Shown piece after piece: positions 58,161 through 64,000 of a stretch of DNA of 64,000 nucleotides. A model generated the notes under the pieces. The model was given only the letters and a program-made list of their open reading frames with translations, ran no database searches and was not told the origin of the DNA. Both the position numbers and the translations under genes were made by a program. The DNA comes from Chrysomallon squamiferum. Taxonomy: Eukaryota; Animalia; Mollusca. Position 1 is the stretch's first letter, and each line of letters begins with the position of its first letter. The DNA lies in contig CM022678.1 in assembly GCA_012295275.1 (NCBI GenBank), forward strand, positions 5,146,001-5,210,000, given 5' to 3'.

Positions 58161-59003
58161 TAGGAAGACAAAAATGTATAGAAACAAACAATAAGAAAAC
58201 AAAGAGAAAGGAAAAGACATTGTTGTTTTTTTGTTGTTTTTTTTAAATATTTAAATTGAACTTATAAACCAAATGTCGTGACCTCACAATGAAAATTTCG
58301 CGGTGTGATTTGCAGGCATGACCTCTATGTTCTGAAGAGTGATGGTCCGATTAAGTTTTCATTTTAATGCTCTATACTCGATCTCATTTATTTTATACGT
58401 TATTTCTATTTATTTATGTTTTAACTCTATCACGACATAAAGAAAAGGGTCATGCTATAACAAATACTTTTGAGGGTTTTGTAAACAAATTAAAGTCAAA
58501 AGAAAAAAAATGATCTGAATTCCCGTAAAATGTTTTACAAAAGCTAAAATAAATTGAAATATTTAATTTTATAATATTAATTTTTCGTTTCATTAAAAAC
58601 TCTGTCTTGGGCATATATATATCTATATACCTACAAAGATAGGCACACACACATACGGTCAGACATAGAGAGAGACAGGCAGACAGACAGACAGAAAGAA
58701 AAGAATACATTTTTAAAATGATTTAATGTTTCTTCAGATATTTTGTGATTTGCAAACAGAAGAAGAAAGAAGGGTCATCAACTTTCATTTTGGGAATTAG
58801 AATACTGCAAATATATACCTTTTGCAGAAACATATACTGATATGTTGACAAGCCAGTGCACAAGTTATAATAACAATAAGAACATCAATGACAACAAGAA
58901 TAAAAACATGAACAAGAAGAAGCACAAAAACAACAAAAACTACAAAAACAATGTTAATATGCTTTATTTGTATATATGCGTGTGAGAGTGTTAATATCGA
59001 ATT

Positions 59004-59077
59004 TTAATAGTTGACAAACAAGTTGAGGGCATATTTGACAGAAAAGTGACCGTCATTGATGATTTTTCCTACACGTC
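59004..59077 (-). pseudogene. Relic of the last ~23 codons of an A-type gene
   Basis: Minus strand reads RVGKIINDGHFSVKYALNLFVNY*, followed by an A-type 3' UTR-like sequence. Confidence 0.8.
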
Positions 59078-59422
59078 ATTTTTTAAAGAGAACTTTCTGA
59101 TATTGTTAGAAGAGTTGCTCCCCTTGAAAGAGTAAAATATTTCGTTTTCCCTAAAGATAAAAAAAAAAAAAAAAAAATTACTAGACAAACAGGGAATTGT
59201 GAAGAGTTGTTTCTCTTCTTACAGAATCAGTACATTTATTGAGAAAAATGTTCAACACTACAATATAATTTATAAATTTACTACATTTCAAAATTAAGCT
59301 AAGTCTAGTTTTCTGTTCCTCTGTTCAAAATACACTATTCTTTACTGTAATACAGAAAAATTAGCATCTTTGTGGTCTTCACAATGATGATGATGATGAT
59401 TACCACAACTACTACTACAACA

Positions 59423-59497
<75 letters not shown>

Positions 59498-59512
59498 TTG
59501 TTATTTATTCCG

Positions 59513-59543
<31 letters not shown>

Positions 59544-59821
59544 TCTACTGTTTTATTCATGTTTAAATGAAACAAAGTGTAATGAACAAACAAACAAGCA
59601 AACAAATTAATAATAAATAAATAAATAAATAAATAAATATAATCTGAAATGAGAAATGTTCATCGTGTGGAAATGACTTTAATAGTACAGACAATTCTAC
59701 TGAGAACGGCACATATTGATTTGAAATCATTGAAACTCTATCTGCAAAAAAAATAATTAATCTGGATAAAATAAAGCAATTTTTATTTGTTTATTTATCT
59801 ATTTATTTATTTTTATTTATT

Positions 59822-59881
<60 letters not shown>

Positions 59882-60025
59882 TATTATTGGTTACTGAGAT
59901 TGCTAATTATTAATATGCTTTTTTTGTTTTCTTAAGTTAATTTTCATTTAATCCGTTAACCATATCGTAAGTTATCTGAAGATCGATGTTTTGTTAATTA
60001 ATCAATTCTTTTCACACATTCTCAC

Positions 60026-60069
<44 letters not shown>

Positions 60070-60547
60070 AGTGGACAAAAATCTGGACAAATATATTGAT
60101 ATATCTTTGGCAATCCACCTGTTAGAAAAGTTTCTATTTAGTATTTTTAATTTTGAATTTTTAATTTAGAAGTTTTTACTTAGAATTTTTAATTTTGAAT
60201 TTTTCACTCAGAATCGTTCAGGTAGAAATTGTAATTTAATATGTAAAGACAAATAAATATGTACTGACTTGTTCTTAGAGCCCTTTTTTATTTACTATTC
60301 TTCTATATGCTACGTGATGAAACCAGTACATTTATATAGGGCTATAAGTTTAGACATTTAATGTCCTTAGGCTTTTTCTGCTCGTGATAAAAACATGGAT
60401 GTAAACATTAAAGCGTACCTTTGGTGACTTGAAGAAATAGTATACATTAATGTTTCATGCTTTCAAGTTAATTTTGGTTTCCTTATTTTGGTTTTCTATT
60501 TTCTATTTTTTTTTTTTTTTTTTATTCATTGTTGTTCTTGTTCTTAT

Positions 60548-60623
<76 letters not shown>

Positions 60624-60863
60624 TTATTTATTTTTTTTTTATTTTTTATTTTTTATTTATTAAACTAATTTACTTAATGTTCGTTAAGAAGAAGACGAAC
60701 AAAATTAAGCAAATCAAATGGGTCAAAAGTGACAACCTATTTTCTTGCATGTTACGGACTTTATTAAAAGAATACAGTAAACAAAAGAAAATACATCAAT
60801 CCAAACAAATATATCAAATGAAAAAGTAAATTAAAAGAAAAGAACAACAACAACAACAACAAC

Positions 60864-60902
<39 letters not shown>

Positions 60903-61215
60903 CTTAATTAGAAAACTGCAAATACATTACTTTCAGCATAAACAGGCGCGCGCGCACGCACACAAACACACACACAAACACAGTAATACTGACAAACCAG
61001 TGCATGGGTTATAATAATAAAATAACAATTCTGATAAGAAGAAGAAGATGATGATGGTGATGATAATGATGAAGATGAAGGAGAAGAAACAAAACAAACA
61101 AGAGAACTGCCCAAACAACATTAGTTTGCTTTATTACTAGTATATATCTCTGTGTGTAAAGGCGCAATATGTTTGTGTCCGTCTGAGTGTGTGGGTGTGC
61201 GTTAACGTTCCAAAG

Positions 61216-62748
61216 TTAATAGTTGACAAACCACCTGATGGCATATTTGGCAGAAAAGTGAACGTCCTTGACGTTTTTTCCTACACGTGTTTGATAGACG
61301 TCGACATCACCTTGTGTGGTGACGATCATGTATTTCCAGGAGGCATCTTTCTCTATTTTGAATTCCTTTGATCCCACTTCTTCAGTAGTGACACTCTGAA
61401 GTACCTCGGCAGACACTTCTCCAGAAGGACCTAACTCCAGGTTACTAGTCTTAAAGAATGTCCACTCCTGTTTTGGACAATCATATGAGCTGCCGTGTCT
61501 TCCACTTGATCCTCCGAGTCTGTGCCACAGCCATCCACCATGTCCGCCCATTTCCCACCAGTCAGCATGTCTTTTCCTACGAGTGTTTGAAGCTGGTTTG
61601 CTGTGACCAATCTCAACAGCCACGCGTACATCAGCGCCATTTTCAACAGCTGCTCTCAACTTGGCTTTCGATCCAAATACCAACATCGCCGTTTATGTTA
61701 GTTGAAAAGACCTTTTTCCATGGTCGTGTATCAACAAACCATTTGATTGTTTTCTTTTCGTTTTCTTCACCAACGGATCCGCCGTTAAATAACATGTATC
61801 TACGTGTGGCCACCGTTCCTGTCGTGTGCGCCATCTGCCAGTGCCAAATTCCTTTGAATTTTTCTTCATAGAGACGATTCAGAATCTGAGCTGACACCTG
61901 TCCCGATTTTATCCTCACGTTGTCCGCCTCAATCGAGAAGTTTCCCATAACGACCTTCATTCTGTGTCCCTCATTAATGGCAGAAATCAGTTCAGAAAGA
62001 GACCCGTCTACTCCATCACCATTTTCATTATTCGTAAACACGTGTTTCCAACAGGAGTCGGCGTACCATCTCTCAACTGCATTAAATTTGGACTGAGAAG
62101 CATTTATGGCACCTGGCAAAAAATAGTTCCTTACAAGCGTTCCGTTTGTGGGTACGTTGACAAAGCCCCAGGATGGGCTTTCAGCGTAAGCAACGTCCCA
62201 GACAAGCTGTCCGACAACGATCCCATCTTTCGTAACTTTTACATTTCGACATGGTTCCGTGTAAAGGTCTTTCCATTTTAGTCTGACATCGTGTCCAGAT
62301 AAAACAGATGCAATTAGCTTGTCTAATGATCCGTGAGTTACTGTCCCGTCTCTAGTCTGTTGAAGAAGCGACGAAAAACAAGACGAGTTCTTAACAAACC
62401 ACTGGATTCCTGCGAAGAATTTCTTTTTGCTTGTTTCCGTGAAGTTGTTCACTTTGTACCTGATTTCTTTTATCTGTGTGTTTGTCGCTAACGTTAAGAG
62501 GCGGCGATGTGGTTCTTCTTCAAAAGTGTTCCAGGTAGCCTTACTGATGTGTGAAATTGATTTGAAATAGATAACACCAAAGAAAGCAAAACTACTGTCT
62601 AAGTTACCAACGTAGCCTAAAGATGGAATTAGATATTTGATTGGTTCCGACCGGGTGTAAGCAAGCACAAGGTCGTCAAATTTGCCAGAAACGGCTTTCC
62701 CTTTTTCGTCGCTCTCGTAAACCTTATGCCATCGACTGTCGCAGAAAT
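61216..62748 (-). pseudogene. Paralog A5 exon 3: complete mature region with one +1 frameshift near 61681; signal exon not found in the window
   Basis: Acceptor TTCCAG|AT at 62749/62748 gives DFCDSRWHKVYESDEKGKAVSGKFDDL. ORFs 61643-62668 and 61216-61686 join if one base in GATGTTGGTATTT is removed (A3 has GATGTAGTATTT). Confidence 0.85.
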
Positions 62749-63644
62749 CTGGAAGATCAAAATTTAGAATGTAGCGTAGATGTATAGCAGATCTTCTTAA
62801 TACAACATCAGTGTTGTGCGCAATTTTGGTGTAATTCTGGACATATCAGATAATTTACTTAGCTTATTGGACAGAGAAATTGTTTAGTGTAAGGCACATT
62901 CTATGCATCAAATATTTTTACATATATCTGTTTCTCAATCTTTATGGTCCAGTTACTAACTGATGATGATGATAAATGTATTCGTGATGATAGGAATAAA
63001 TGATGTAATAAAATTATCTTTATTTGCAACTTACTATATTATTATTTTGTCGAACCGACCGTTGGTCAAATCGAAGTGGAACTGTGAAATAATACTCTTA
63101 CAAACTAACTCCAGACGTTATGTCACTGCGTAGTTTGAAAACCAGTGGGAAATCTTATTATTACTATATCATTTATTTATTTATTTATTTATTTTAAAAC
63201 AGGGGAACATCCAGATCAGACATTCCACAGCATACGGGATTACGTGACAATTACAGAAAAACTGATGTAATCCTGGTAGTTTAAAATAAATGTATAATTA
63301 TACTCTATTATTAATTGAAATTTTACATGAAACGAAAATTGAAAATAAATAAACAAACAAACAAACAAACAAACAAAAACAACAAAAATCAAAACAGAAA
63401 CACAGTTATCTAAATAACTAGCTAACCAAATTAACGATCTAAGAAATTCAAAAAAAACAGAAAATGAGACAGAGTCACAACTGAGTAACTAACTGGTAAA
63501 TAGAAAACACAGCTTTATGAGATTAGCTTGGTAATATAAAAACTATCCGTAGATGTATCGTTGGCACTTCTCTCAATTTCATATTGACTCATTCCGTTGG
63601 ATAAAACTGACGAAAACTAATAAATCAGTAAACTACGAAACCAA

Positions 63645-63715
63645 ATGTTGTTGTAAGAAGCTGTGATTTGACTTCAAACAAGTTTCGAGACAATCAAGTA
63701 TTATTATAAATTTGA
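63645..63715 (+). promoter_or_regulatory. Divergent copy of the family promoter box plus TATA, pointing out of the window
   Basis: CCAAATGTTG...AAGCTGTGATTT followed ~35 nt later by TATAAATTT, the same layout as in the other paralogs. No exon-1 donor was recognised. Confidence 0.45.
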
Positions 63716-63772
63716 CAAGGAGACGAGATTTCTTTAAAAAAAAAATTAAAATAATTTAAAAAAGAAGGAAAA

Positions 63773-63823
<51 letters not shown>

Positions 63824-64000
63824 ACAAATCAACAAATAGACAAATAAACAAACAAACAAATCAGCAAACACACAAGCAAATAAATAAATAAATAAACAGC
63901 TTGAACGAATGAAAAACATATTTTCTTCGTATTACCGTAAGTACACTTTAATGTAGATTTAATGTTTCCATAAATACCGAATATAAGCAGATAACGACAA

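Noticed and set aside
59950-60200. Segment similar to 35410-35660 and 47240-47480
   Set aside because: It is non-coding with no termini or ORF, and is probably an older duplicated flank or unclassified repeat. It cannot be assigned.

Overview
AT-rich, microsatellite-dense eukaryotic DNA. The texture and gene family suggest a marine invertebrate, plausibly a mollusc such as an octopod cephalopod, but this is inference only. The whole window is one actively rearranging cluster of about 10 paralogous loci plus 4 small relics of a single uncharacterised gene family. Complete copies share one architecture: a conserved promoter (AAATCACAGC box plus TATA), a short non-coding exon 1, an 82-94 nt signal-peptide exon ending in Cys (phase-1 GT donor), and one ~1.55 kb exon encoding the rest of the protein. 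The predicted ~540-560 aa secreted proteins consist of four ~110-125 aa repeats (W-x-V...G...GS...L..A...G..V.V ... TxG ... I.WFV). They carry a CxxC built across the splice junction and a variable Gly/His/Trp/Cys-rich loop behind a KR/RKR convertase-type site in repeat 4. Two subfamilies (A and B/C) lie in direct and inverted orientation. Four loci look intact (A1, B1, B2, B3), three are broken only by single-base indels (C1, A3, A5), and three are clear pseudogenes (A2, A4, C2). Repeat 2 shows concentrated amino-acid divergence, while repeats 3-4 and the 3' flanks look homogenised. A Tigger/pogo-type DNA transposon relic lies in intron 1 of two A-type copies. No RNA genes or CRISPR arrays were seen.
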